Part shown: in pieces, positions 25,529 through 37,416 of the stretch
How the letters are laid out: each line of letters opens with the position of its first letter
Position numbering within the stretch: position 1 is the stretch's first letter
Origin: Cladosporium halotolerans
Lineage: Eukaryota
DNA length: 64,000 nucleotides
Direction of reading: 5' to 3'
NCBI RefSeq assembly: GCF_011745625.1
Contig: NW_027191499.1
Span: 62,001-126,000 of the forward strand
The notes under the pieces: generated by a model
What the model saw: the letters and a program-made list of their open reading frames with translations, nothing else
What the model was told of the DNA's origin: nothing
Databases searched by the model: none
Program-made: the position numbers and the translations under genes

Positions 25529-26181
25529 GATCTCTCACAGTAACAAGCCGAGCGTGATTTTTCGCCACGCGTGTGCGGCAGACGTCAGCATAAGCTTTTG
25601 GATTCGAGCCGAATAGATGGTTTTCCACTCACCAGTGTCGAGCGACATCATCCAATGCATCATCAATCCAACAGTCGAGAGCTGTTGCCAGTTGATTGAC
25701 TAACGGGCTTGTGGTCTGAACGGTTGCAGGCGACGTCTCCGTGTCAGTAGACCCGTGGCGGATCAATACGCATGCTGTTCTGGGATTCGGAAACATCGTG
25801 CTTGGTCCAACAAGCCATCACGCCCTAAGACGGTAACGCAAGCCGAGACAACGGTCTATTCTGGACGCCTGACTCCTTCGTGCTGTGCCGGCAATCCTTA
25901 GTTTTCCGGGCCGAACGCTCGGATGCTCACGACGCATCAATATCCGTACAGCGCTGAAAATCGTTCTCTAGCTCGGCTCGCTTAACATAGTAGTCTTGTT
26001 GGGATGACTGCAAATTGAGGACGTTCTTCGGCGACTTAGAGAAAGACAATTCCTTCCTCCACTGTCTTGCTCAGCCTCTAGCTCCTATTGTTTCATCCAT
26101 TTGTTGTTTCAAGCCACCCAGTACATTTATCAGGTGCCCAAAAGCTCTATTTCCAGACCGACGCCCGCATCAATCACCAAC

Positions 26182-26424
26182 ATGATGAACCCTGAATATC
26201 ACAAGCTCATCAAGAAAGGATCGATCGGCGTTCTCTCTGGGTTCCTTGTAGCAGCAATCTATGACAAGCTTCTTAGGGCAGAGCGCAATGTGCCGGAACC
26301 AAAGAAGTCATCGCAACAAGCTGGAGTGAGGTCAGTGAGCGCTGAGCGTTTGGGACACCACTGGCTGACGGAGAGTATGGCAGGTTGCTGTAACGAGTCG
26401 TGCAACGATCACGCAACTCAATAG
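26182..26424 (+). CDS. Possible small single-pass membrane protein; 3' end uncertain
   Basis: ACCAACATG start, hydrophobic GSIGVLSGFLVAAIY, and a probable intron ending at 26383 (GCTGAC..CAG). Confidence 0.35.
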   Translation: MMNPEYHKLIKKGSIGVLSGFLVAAIYDKLLRAERNVPEPKKSSQQAGVRSVSAERLGHHWLTESMAGCCNESCNDHATQ

Positions 26425-26547
26425 TCTCCAGTCTTTATATCGCTGCTTTGCAGAACAACGTGCATTCTGAGCTTGCCTGTGTACAGTCTTGAGCATTCTT
26501 GTCTTCTCACAAGACCTCACATTCCAAAGATGACCGCTCATTCCCCT

Positions 26548-28166
26548 TCATCTCCGCCTCCTAATCCCCACCCAACACTCTTCCGGCTTCTTCGAAAACC
26601 CCTCCCTCGACTCCAACACCTCCTGATACAGCTCGAAATCATACCGCCTCAGCGCCGTCGCCACGATCAACGACAACTCCATCCGCGCCACATTCTGCCC
26701 CACGCACGCCCGCGGCCCGTAACTGAATGGATTGAAGCAAATGTTCTGCCGTGCTGTCAGGTTGCCTTTCAGCCACCGGTCAGGCTTGAACTCTTCTACA
26801 TCCGTGCCCCAGACTTCGGCGGAGTGGTGGATCGTGTAGCTTGGGACGGAAAGCACGGTTCCGGGCGGGAAGACGGTTTCGCCGTACGCGACGCCTTTCG
26901 GCGCCGTGACTATACGAGGCAGGCCCAGTGCGGAAGTCGAGTGTAGGCGCATCGCTTCGTCGATGTACCGGCGGAGAAGAGGGAGGTTCTTCACTTGCTC
27001 GAACTTGGCGATGGCGGCGTCGGCGGGGATGGCGGCGTCCAGTTCGGCGAGAAGGGGTGCGATAATTGTTCCTGGTGCGGCACGCTCGCCGGCTAGGATC
27101 CAGTAGAAGATCGCGCAGGCTGTGTTGGAGACGGTATCGCTGCCGGCGATCAACTCGGTCAAGGCTTCGGAGATGAGCTCATCGCGTGGCATCGGGGCAC
27201 CAGAGGAGTCGCGGGCATCGACGAGCATTTGCAGGATGTCTCGTCGGCGAGAGGAGGATTTCGAGCTGCCCTCGGCGGCGCTGAGACGTTTGTTGACGGC
27301 GACCTTGGCGATGCCGTGCAGGTTGCGCACGGATTGGAGGCCTTTCGAGAAGAATGGATCAGGTAGGTATTTTGCGAACGGTCGTAGTGCCGGGAGGAGC
27401 CCGAGAGTCGAGCTGACTTCCCCTCGGCGGTTCAAGGTCTCCGCGCCTTTCGTCAAGGTGACGGGATCGTCTGGATGAAGCTGCGATTCGCACTCGTCTC
27501 TGCCTTTGGCTACCATGCCGAATGGAGCGCCGAAAGCAAGGTCTCCGATGACATCGAATGCGATGTACGTACACCAGGGCATCATGTCCAGCTTGGCGTG
27601 ACTATGACTTGGTCCAAGGTGTTCAGCGATGCGATCCAGCTGGCCGACCCATCGGCGAAGGTTCTCGGACATATGATCCTCAAATGCGTGAACCGCCCCA
27701 GGTGAGAAGGCATGCGCTATGATCTTGCGCTTGCGGCTGTGCTCTGTACGGTCGCGGACATTGAAGACGCCTGGGACGCCAGAGACGAACGCTTCATAAT
27801 ACCTACTGGCTTAGACATCAGTGCTGCGCAACAGACGCACATGCATTTCGGGCTCAACACTTACTCTTTGAGGAAGCCATTCCCGTGAGCATACACAGTA
27901 TGCAAGCCCTCGGGCTCTGCGATCGATACATGGTTATACCCAACCCGTACGATCGGCCCGTACTTCTCATGCGCCCGGTGCACCCAGGCGAACTTCTTCC
28001 CTCGTCTCGCCCCAATTGCAAGCCAGATGTTGCTGAACTTGGCGAGAAAAGGACCCGGAATGTCTTGAAGATGCTTGTAGGTCTTCACATATGGTAGAAG
28101 ATAGTAATGTATTGATACGACCACAAAGCAGATCGCAGCAAAACTCCAACCGCTGAGCAGCGCCAT
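26548..28166 (-). CDS. Cytochrome P450, CYP53 (benzoate 4-hydroxylase)-like
   Basis: N-terminal TM, IPGP, FNVRDRTEHSRKRK, FDVIGDLAFGAPFGM, LNRRGEVSSTLG, AGSDT, EAMR and heme motif FSYGPRACVG. One intron near 27803-27864. Confidence 0.9.
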
Positions 28167-28950
28167 CGTGGGCAACGGGTGATTCTCCCGCCGGGTGAAC
28201 GGTCTCTGGGACAGTCACCCATTATATGATGGTTGTCGGATACCGTCCGCCCACTTCCGCCAGCTCTGAGGTGTGACATGAAAGTGGGGAGCAGGCGGGG
28301 TTCGTGCAACATTATGCTGCAGATTAAGCTTATCAGGTGCCCGACATAGCTCATCACAGATCACGAGCCGTGATAATACTCTCCCAATAGGCTTCGCGAC
28401 TCATGTAAAGAGCAGTTTGGTGAGCGCGACGAGGGTGGACGACATCGTGACGACTTGCACATTGCGAGCCCGTGTGAGGGCGATCAAGGAGTGGACGGAA
28501 AGGGCCCCGACAGAGAGCCGTAACTGGACATGAAGGGCAGTCAATTGGACAAGAAGTCATGTCTCAGCTATTACACCCAGGGTTGATGTGAACAGCGTGC
28601 ATGGCGGTGAGGTGGCGGCTGGAAGAAAAGCCTTGATGACCAGTGGGAAACCAGAGGGAGCAATTTGATTAAGCCCTCCCTGAACTTGATTAAGAAAACG
28701 CCCCCCACTTTGCGGGGGTGGGGCCGCTGGTTGTTGGGGCGCGAACGTTGGCAAGAGCCGAAAGCACGGGCTTTATCAGATCGAAATTTGTGCCAGACGA
28801 CTCCATGACGCGACCTTATCGCTGCGCGTCCACCTTGCACTGCGGGAGAGCTGAGTCCGCCATGTATCACGGCTGACATTGCAGGTGATGGCACCATATA
28901 TCATGGCCGGTGTCCGGCGGGTGTCGAAAGCGCTGCGGGCATGCTTCAAC

Positions 28951-30539
28951 ATGGCGGATGCAGCACCCAAGTCAGAGATGCGCGAGGTTAAGACTGTTGA
29001 GCTGAGTGGCGATGGCTTGCCCACTATCGACAAGAAGAAGGAGCGCTTACTCGTGCGGAAGCTGGATCGCTATATCGTGCCGATGATGATGCTGCTCTAC
29101 CTTTTTTCGTTTCTCGACAGGTACAGCAACGACAACTTAAACCCCGTCTTCCAACAGAGAATCTGACTGACGATGAGCAAACAGAGTCAACATCGGAAAC
29201 GCAAGGCTTTACGGGATCGAAGAAGACCTCGGATTGACAGGTAATCAATTTCAAGTCGCCGTCTCGGTCCTTTTCGTCACCTACGTCCTTTCGGAAGTGC
29301 CCTCCAACATCATCCTCAAGCACTACGTCTCGCCTTCGCGCTGGATAGCTTTCATTACCGTCTCTTGGGGACTGATCGCCACTCTCACTGGCCTCTGTCA
29401 AAACTACGCGTCATTACTTGTTTGCCGTCTGCTCCTTGGCCTGGTCGAAGCCGGCCTTTTTCCCGGCTGTGCGATCTATCTGACGTTGTTCTACACGAAA
29501 AGGGAGCTCGCGCTGCGTATCGGGTACCTGTTCGTTGCATCGGCTCTAGCTGGTGCCTTTGGCGGACTGCTCGCGTACGGCATTGGGCACATGGATGGCT
29601 TGGCGGGTCTCAGCGGCTGGCGCTGGATCATGATCATCGAAGGCATTCCGACTGTCATCCTTGGCGTTATCTGCTGGTTCTTCCTCGCCGATGACCCGGA
29701 TACGGCGTACTACCTCAGCGCCGAGGAGAAGGACATGGTCATCGCACGAAGGGCGCGCCAGACTGGCGTGTCGGAGACCTTCGAGTGGAAGGACGTGAAG
29801 AAGGCCGTGACTGACTGGAAGGCGTACATGTTTTATGCCGGTCTCTTTTGCGTCGACACGATGCTGTATGGCTACTCGACATTCCTGCCCACCATCATCA
29901 GAGGCATCAGGCCAGATGCTTCGAGCGCGTTGGTGCAGGTCCTGACCATTCCTTGCTACGCCCTGGGCGCTATAACGTACATGGCGGCTGCTAGATATAG
30001 CGACTGGCGACAATCCCGTGGACCAGTTGCTGTCTTGTTCGGGCTCATTTCTGTGGTCGGGTATGCGATGCTGGTATCGGACAGTGGCCCCGGCGTGCAT
30101 TACGGAGGATGCTTCCTGGTTGCGATGGGCTTGTACGTCGTGGTGGGCATCCCAATTGCGTGGTTGCCGACCAACAGCCCACGTTATGGAAAGCGGACGA
30201 CAGCGACGGCCTTGCAGCTGGCGGCTGGAAATTGCGCTGGTATCATGGCGCCCTTTGTAAGTCATGTCTTTTGTCATCTAGGACTTTTGAAGCGAGTACC
30301 TGCTGACATCGCAATAGCTGTATACAACAGGTGAGGCGCCGCGTTATGTCCGCGGGCATGCTGTGACTATGTCAATGGTCGCAATGGGCTGTTTGTTGTA
30401 TAGCTCCATGTATTTCTATTATGCCAGGGAGAACCGCAAGCGAGCATCGGGCGAGAGGGACGATCTGATGGAGGGCAAGAGCGAAGAGGAGGTGTTGGCG
30501 CTCGGAGATGAGAGTCCGCGGTTTGTGTTCGCAAAGTAG
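28951..30539 (+). CDS. MFS anion:cation symporter (TNA1/DAL5-like carboxylate permease)
   Basis: RKLD, FLDR|VNIGNA, EVPSN, RLLLGLVEAGLFPG, GWRWIMIIEG and GDESPRF. Two introns. Confidence 0.92.
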
Positions 30540-31657
30540 ACGCATCATGGAAAGTCACAACCTGAATGGCCTTCTCGTCTCATGCGGCATACACGCTGTA
30601 TGTACCAGGTCTTCCGAGCCATTCGCCCCTTGTGTTCGAGCAAATGCCGGAGCCAAGGCCGCAGTGCCAACACCTCGTTCAGACGGCGTGTAGCGTCGGC
30701 TTCTGTTGCTCCCGAGCACACGGCGCGCCAACCGGCCAAGGTGGGACAGTCAGCGCCTATACCATCCGCATCTGTACCGTTGTAGACACGCGGGCCGGAT
30801 CCGCCGAGCGTCGGCGTATGAGATGCTCGCCGACCGAAGCTAGAAAGTCGATGGAAGGACGCCTCCCGAGGGCGACAGTCGACTTGAGATCTTCGCCGCA
30901 GAAAGCTTGCGAGCGCCACGTGTGAGGAACGTGGTCATGCGATTCCGCGCATCTCGTGTGGAGGCTGCGAGGGAACGGCGCGAGTCCCGACAGCCTTTCG
31001 AGATCGTCGGCGACCGCTCATCTCGAGGGGCGCACGTGATGCGTCGCAGAGGTTGTGCGCTGTGCTAGAGCGGGATGGGCTTAGCCTGTGCCTTGGGCAT
31101 ACCGCATCTGGTATGCCTGAGGACGCAGTCTCACACGCGCCCCCGGCCGATCTGCGGGAGGCGGCAAGCGCTGCAGAATTCGGGATTGCCCAGCCCTTTC
31201 TTTCTTCAGCAACCAACAACATCACCCTCCATCGCCTCCAAGGCAGATACGGCCATGATGGCTGAACAGCTCGATGTGGTCACCCTGGCCGTGCTCGAAC
31301 ATACCTCCTGCGGCTGTCATGGCGCGAGGCGACACGCGCACGCGAAAGGCGCCATCCACACCTCGGCCCGATAACATTTCGACTCGAGGTCGTAGCGCAA
31401 GAGTCAAGGCTTGGTCCGGTCTGGGCCCCGGTTATCGCCCCAGGCCCCGTGGGGAAAGAAGTCTGGGGCCCGACCTTAGCCGCACGCCCATGTGGAAACA
31501 AATCGGCGTTTGCATTTTTGCTCTCTGACTCTATAAGACTACCGCCCCGTAGCAGCTGACCACCTGCACCAGCTACCGGCACCGGGCACCAGGGCTACTC
31601 CACAGCACACTACTACACTCCACGGGCAGCCACCACTCTGTGGTACCAGAGCTCACC

Positions 31658-33386
31658 ATGGCTGACTCCATCAACGACAAGGAATTCTACGCCACCACCG
31701 AGAAGGAGGCCGGCCTCAAAGATGCCGGCAAAGAGACTATCAACGAGGCCAGGGCCGCCACTGACAAGGAGCACAAGATGACCCTCATGCAAGGTCTTCG
31801 CCTCTACCCCAAGGCCGTCGCCTGGTCGCTCCTTATCTCCACTTGCATTGCCATGGAAGGTTTCGATCTGGCTCTGGTCAATGGTCTCTACGGATTTGCC
31901 CAATGGAGGCAGAAGTATGGAGAGCTGCAACCCGACGGCTCGTACGAAGTCTCCGCAGCGTGGCAAGCCGGCCTTAGTAACGGTGCAAACGTCGGCTCCA
32001 TCATCGGTCTCTTCATCAACGGCTGGATTTCCGAGAAGTTTGGATACCGCTGGACCATCATCAGCTGTCTTACCCTGCTCATGGGCTTCACCACCATCTT
32101 CTTCACTGCCCAGAATGTCGAGACACTCCTCGTCGCTGAGATTCTCTGCGGTATTCCTGTATGTTCTGCACACCTTTACTGCGCGTATTTGACACTGACG
32201 ACTTGTACAGTGGGGCGTCTTCCAAACACTTACCATCACCTACGCCTCAGAGGTCTGTCCTGTCGCTCTTCGCGGATACCTCACCACATACGTCAACTTC
32301 TGCTGGGGCTTGGGCCAGCTCATTGCTGTCGGCGTCATCAAGTCCATGACCAACAGACAGGATGAGTGGGCTTACCGTATTCCCTACGCCCTGCAATGGA
32401 TGTGGCCTATCCCGCTCATCACTGGAATCTTCTTTGCTCCTGAGAGCCCTTGGTGGTTGGTGAGGAAAGGAAAGATTGAGCAAGCGAAGAAGTCTCTTCT
32501 GCGCCTCACTAGCCTGGATCGTGAGACCGACTTTGACGCCGACGAGACTATCTCCATGATCGTGCACACTACCACTCTGGAAAAGAAGATCACTTCCGGA
32601 GGCTCTTACCTGGACTGCTTCAGGGGAATCGATTTGCGTCGCACCGAGATCGTGTGTCTCTGCTGGGCTATGCAGAACCTCAGTGGTAACAGCTTCTCCA
32701 GCTACTCGACCTACTTCCTGCAACAGGCTGGCCTTCCGGAATCCACCTCATACTCGTTCGCAATGGGACAGTACGCGATCAACATGGTCGGTGTCTTCGG
32801 CGCCTGGGGTCTCATGACTCTTGGCATCGGTCGTCGGTCTCTTTACCTGTACGGTCTCTGCGGTCTTTGCGTCATGTTGATGGTCATGGGCTTCTTAGGC
32901 CTCGTTCCGGAAGCAAACAGGGATCAGAGTGCAATGGCAACCGGAGGCATGATGATCGTCTGGGCCATGATTTACCAGCTTACCGTCGGAACCGTCTGCT
33001 ACTCTCTAGTCGCCGAGATCTCCACTCGCCGCTTGCAGATCAAGACCGTCGTGCTCGGCCGCAACCTGTATAACATCGTCGGCATCGTATGTTCTGTCTT
33101 CACTCCGTACATGTTAAACCCGACTGCCTGGAATTGGGGCAACTTCACTGGCTTCTTCTGGGGCGGCATTTGCGCACTTTGCATCGTCTATACCTACTTC
33201 CGTGTCCCGGAGCCCAGGGGAAGGACTTTCGCCGAACTCGATCTTCTGTTCGAGAAGAAGGTCCCGGCCAGGCAGTTCGCTACTACGGAGGTGGATATTT
33301 TCGAGGAGACAAATAACGGCGCTGGGGAGGTCAGCTTCAAGGAGCTGGGTCAGGCGGTGCACGTTGAGACGGCTGCTGCGAAGTAG
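31658..33386 (+). CDS. Alpha-glucoside/maltose permease (sugar porter family)
   Basis: LYPKAVAWS, YASEVCPVALRGYLTTYVN, PESPWWLVRKG, RRTEI and PEPRGRTFAELD. One intron 32159-32210; TATAA near 31532. Confidence 0.93.
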
Positions 33387-33502
33387 ACTTGTTGAGCATG
33401 GTTTGTTTCAAGCCGTTGGGATAAGCGGGTCAGTAGCGTATCGGAATCACATTTTGCAAACTCCAACTCAACCCCACACGTCACCGCGCCTCTTTCGAAC
33501 TG

Positions 33503-35163
33503 CTACATGATTCTCCAATCGTTCTCCCGCTCCCAAGCTGCGGCAACCTGGTACACCGTCCTTTCGCCCCACCACCTGCCGATCACCTGCATTGACACCG
33601 GCAGCTTCACTCCCGCTGCTACTCCCGGCCCTTCCAGCACCTCCAACATCCCGATCGGCATCGCCAGCACCGGATGCCCAGTTTGGTTGAACGGCGCCGT
33701 GTTCGCCGTCAGCCCCACCTGCTTTGCAATCTGCTCCAGCGGCTTTGCGTCCGCCGCAGCGTGGCTTGTCGCGACGTACGGCAGCGTAGGTGTGAGCAAC
33801 ACGTCGAACTTCGAGAGAGCCGCGTCGTAGGCGTCGCGCAGCTTACGCGAGAGGTTCGTCGCTTTGCCCAGCAGGGCTGGGAAGGTCTGGGTCGCGTACA
33901 GGCCGTTCAGGTAGATGTTCTTCGTCGCGCTGTACGCTGCCTCCCAATTCTCTTGCGTCATGGGGTGGAATTTGCAGTTCAGTTCGAGCATCTGGTGCCC
34001 TCTCCTGCCGAAAGCGCCACTGGCTTTGGACAGGAATCCGCCGGGTTTAGAAATCCCGGTCCAGATCGCGGCGCCTTGGGAGTGCATGGGTATTGAGACT
34101 GAGGTGACGGCTGCGCCTAATGCTTCGAAGCGGGATGCTGCTGTTTGGAAAGTCTCGACGATGCGATGATCGGTTGCGGGCGTTGAGAGACTCTCGGTGA
34201 TGATACCGATCTTTTTGCCTGCCAGAGGTTTCCATGAGGCGAGAGAGTCGATTGCTTCGGTGTAGTCTGGCAGGTTGGAGGGCGTGGGTGCGCCGAAGCT
34301 GCGGTCGTCGATGTTGTCTGTTCCTGCGATCGCTTGAAGTAGGACAGCGTTGTCGTGGACTGTTCTGGTCATGGGCCCAATGTGGTCATTCGTTGGCTCA
34401 TTGCTCGCACAGCCTGTATACGGCACGAGCCCGAACGTCGGTTTGAGCCCGACGATCCCACAGTTGGCGGCTGGTACACGGATACTTCCTCCTTGGTCCG
34501 CGCCGATGGAGCCCCAGACTTCTCCCAGGGCGACGAGCACGCCTGAGCCGCTCGAGCTGCCCCCTGCGCTGTACCCTTCGCAGAAAGGATTCTCGACGAC
34601 GCCTGTGCCGGAGGAGTGGCTGGTGGCGGAGTGGCATAGATTTTCGCATACCGCTTTGCCGATGATGTGGCCGCCTGCTTCGAGGATGCGCGTCGCGACA
34701 GTCGCATCTATATCAGGGACATAGTCGCGGATGAAATTGGAGCCAAGTAGCATTGGTACGCTTTTGACGGAGATCATGTCCTTGAGAGCGAGCATCTTTC
34801 CAGAGAGTAACCCTGTGCGCTGCGACTCCGTATCCTTGACGGAACACTTCCATGCCCAGGCGCCGTGCTTGTTCTCTGAGGAGTTGGGATAATGGATGTC
34901 TTCTCGGGGGAATCTAGCTTCGTCTACCGAGGGCACGTAGTCTGTGGACGATTTAGCAGGAGACCCGGGAGGCTCGATGACTCTCCGCACATACCGTCCA
35001 TTTCCATCAACGCTTGACTCGCATCGTGGAAGACTGCAAGCAGCTTTTTGTAATCGTCTTTCTCGTCATCTGGTAGCGTCACCCCAAGGTTGGAACAGAG
35101 CTTGTCTACTGTCCCCAGAGTCACAGGATTTCCTCGGGCGGTTTCGAGAGAGAAAACGGACAT
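33503..35163 (-). CDS. Intracellular amidase-signature enzyme
   Basis: LKDMISV, GKAVCENLC, GGSSSGSG and GADQGGSIRVPA. Intron 34942-34994. Confidence 0.92.
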
Positions 35164-35315
35164 CTTGACGAATTGTTCTCGAAGTTTGGCTAACTCTGCT
35201 GAGCACCATGTCCACGAAAATACTTTTCGCGCGCTTCTCTACGACGAAAACCCCGTAAGCATTGTTCGTGCTGCAGGCCAAGGGCCCTCCTGTTCAATCG
35301 GCGAGTCTCGGTCCT

Positions 35316-35604
35316 TGATAAGCTTGCTGCACAGCCATGGTCTGCAGATGCGGATATGTCATCGTCGCTGCATGTATCATGCGCAATCAACTCTCAAACG
35401 GCCTACTTTATCACATTGATGTGTCGTAGGCCGAAAATAGCAGGCCGGAAGTCAGAAGCCGACGTCGGCACAAAAACGCCCGACGGAGATAATTGACCAA
35501 GCACCTTCCCAATGCATGGACGGGGTGGCCTATCGTGAACCCTGCTGTATTCTTGTTGCAGTATCTACTGATAATGCATGAGGCTCTGCGCAGGCAATCG
35601 ATAA
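35316..35604. promoter_or_regulatory. Cluster of HGATAR (AreA/Nit2-type) sites in a divergent promoter
   Basis: Sites at 35316, 35408, 35487, 35530, 35569 and 35599. Confidence 0.55.
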
Positions 35605-35781
35605 TCATCTCCCGATGGCAAGATGCGCCATGCCCCCACACATCATTCACGCACTCTTACGAGTGGGGCAAGTTGAAAGGCTGTAGTGGGCTTGTTTGGT
35701 TCGCACAACTACTTCTCAAATTGCTTGCGTTGTTATTCGATTCGAAGGACTGTATCTGAGAAAGGGAAGTTTCTGCTCACA

Positions 35782-36886
35782 ATGGTACATGTGGAAGAGT
35801 TAATCCAGTTGCCGCGCGATTTTGAAGGTTCGAGCAGCTTCGCCGGAATCGACAAATGAAAGCTCTAAGAACTGACCGTATGAAGGCTTCGGCGAACATA
35901 GCCATGATCCGAAGTGGCCTAATGGCGCCCGCATTGCGGTGTCTTTTGTTCTCAATTATGAGGAGGGCGGGGAGCGCAACGTTCTGGACGGCGACGCCAC
36001 GTCCGAGCCGTACCTATGGGAGAAAGGTCCCTCGGGTGGTGGCCGAGAGCACCGTCACCTGAACGGCGAACAAGACTTTGAGTACGGCAGTCGCTGTGGT
36101 GGATGGCGTATTGCAAGACTGATGCAAGAGTTTGGCTGGAACATGACAATCTTCGCCGTTGCGGTCGCAATGGAGCGCAACCCGTCTTTTGCGAAGGCTT
36201 GCGTGCGCGAGGGTCATGAGATTTGCGCGCACGGGTATAGGTGGCTTGACATTTGGGACTACGGCCTTGAAGAGGACAAATCTTACATCAAGAAGACGCT
36301 GCTAAAGCTCGAGGAGGTCACTGGCGAATTCCCAGATGGAGCTTACTTTGGTCGTGGGACTCCAAACACAGCGTCACTTCTGCCTGTGGTGTGGAAGGAG
36401 ATGGGTAGATTGATGCTGTATACCTCGGAAGTCTATAACGATGACGTCCCCTACTGGATTGATCACCCGTCCGAGAAGGACTTGCCCAATGAGGAAAAGG
36501 AAGGTCTGCTCATGGTGCCCTACAACTATGATTGTAAGTCATGACGGCCACTCAATTGCAACAATCAGTACTGACAATAAACGTTTGAAGGTAACGATGG
36601 GAAATTCCACATGAGCCCTGGCTTCACCAGCTCGGCCGGCAACACTTACGAGGCATACCTCAAAGATGCTTTCGATTGTCTCTACCGCGAAGGTGCAAAG
36701 ATGATGACCATTCCTCTCCATTCACGGATTACTGGCAAACCAGGAAGATCCGAAGCGCTGCGAAAGTTCATGATGTACATCTCGGAGAAGGAAGGTGTTT
36801 GGGTTACTACCAGAAGAGACATTGCGAAACACTACCGCTCGACCTTCCCTTACAAGCCGGGCTCTAGAGCTGGTGGTGGAAGTTAG
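35782..36886 (+). CDS. CE4 polysaccharide-deacetylase-fold hydrolase, PuuE allantoinase-like
   Basis: PRDFEG|FG..WPNGARIAVSFVLNYEEGGE, FEYGSRCG, HEICAHGYRW, YNDDVPYW, PYNYDC|NDGKF and MTIPLHSRITGKPGR. Two introns. Confidence 0.88.
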
Positions 36887-37416
36887 CTTAAAGATATTCT
36901 TTAGTCTTGTGAGGGGCTTACATTCGGGAATAGCATGCGTACGTGTGATGTTCAATACGACCGTGTTGTTGGCTCTTCATCCACGATTTTGCCTTTCTGG
37001 CGCCTGTCACTTCTGCAAAGCAGCCCTGGCAGAGAGTTCGTTCTTCTTGCTCTCCTGCACCTTTCTACCCCATCTCTGATACTAGATAAGACATCCATGC
37101 GCAAAACACGATGCCAAGCCAGACTAGATCCATGCATAATGATGTGCTGCGTAAGCGACTGCGACATTATCTCTTTGCTATCAGAGCAATCCGCAATCGC
37201 GAGCCTTGGCGCTGTCATCTGCAGCGAAGCACTGATGATAGGCGATCAACTTCTCCCATTGGACTGAGGGATCGGGTCTCAGTCCCGTCTACTTTCACTG
37301 TAACCCTAAAACCCTGTCAAGGGTCCTTGCATCCCTTATTGATAGACGAGAGTGTGTCTCCTCTGGTAAATCTTTGAGACAATCTCTGACTCTTGCATCT
37401 GCCATCTTTATCATCT

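Noticed and set aside
30545..31530. Overlapping short ORFs and a possible AmyR site upstream of the maltose permease
   Set aside because: No motifs in the ORFs; the CGG pair at ~31417 has a 9-nt spacer, not 8.
37301..37315. TAACCCTAAAACCCT telomere-like motif
   Set aside because: Imperfect, in a short promoter with no room or evident structure for an RNA gene.
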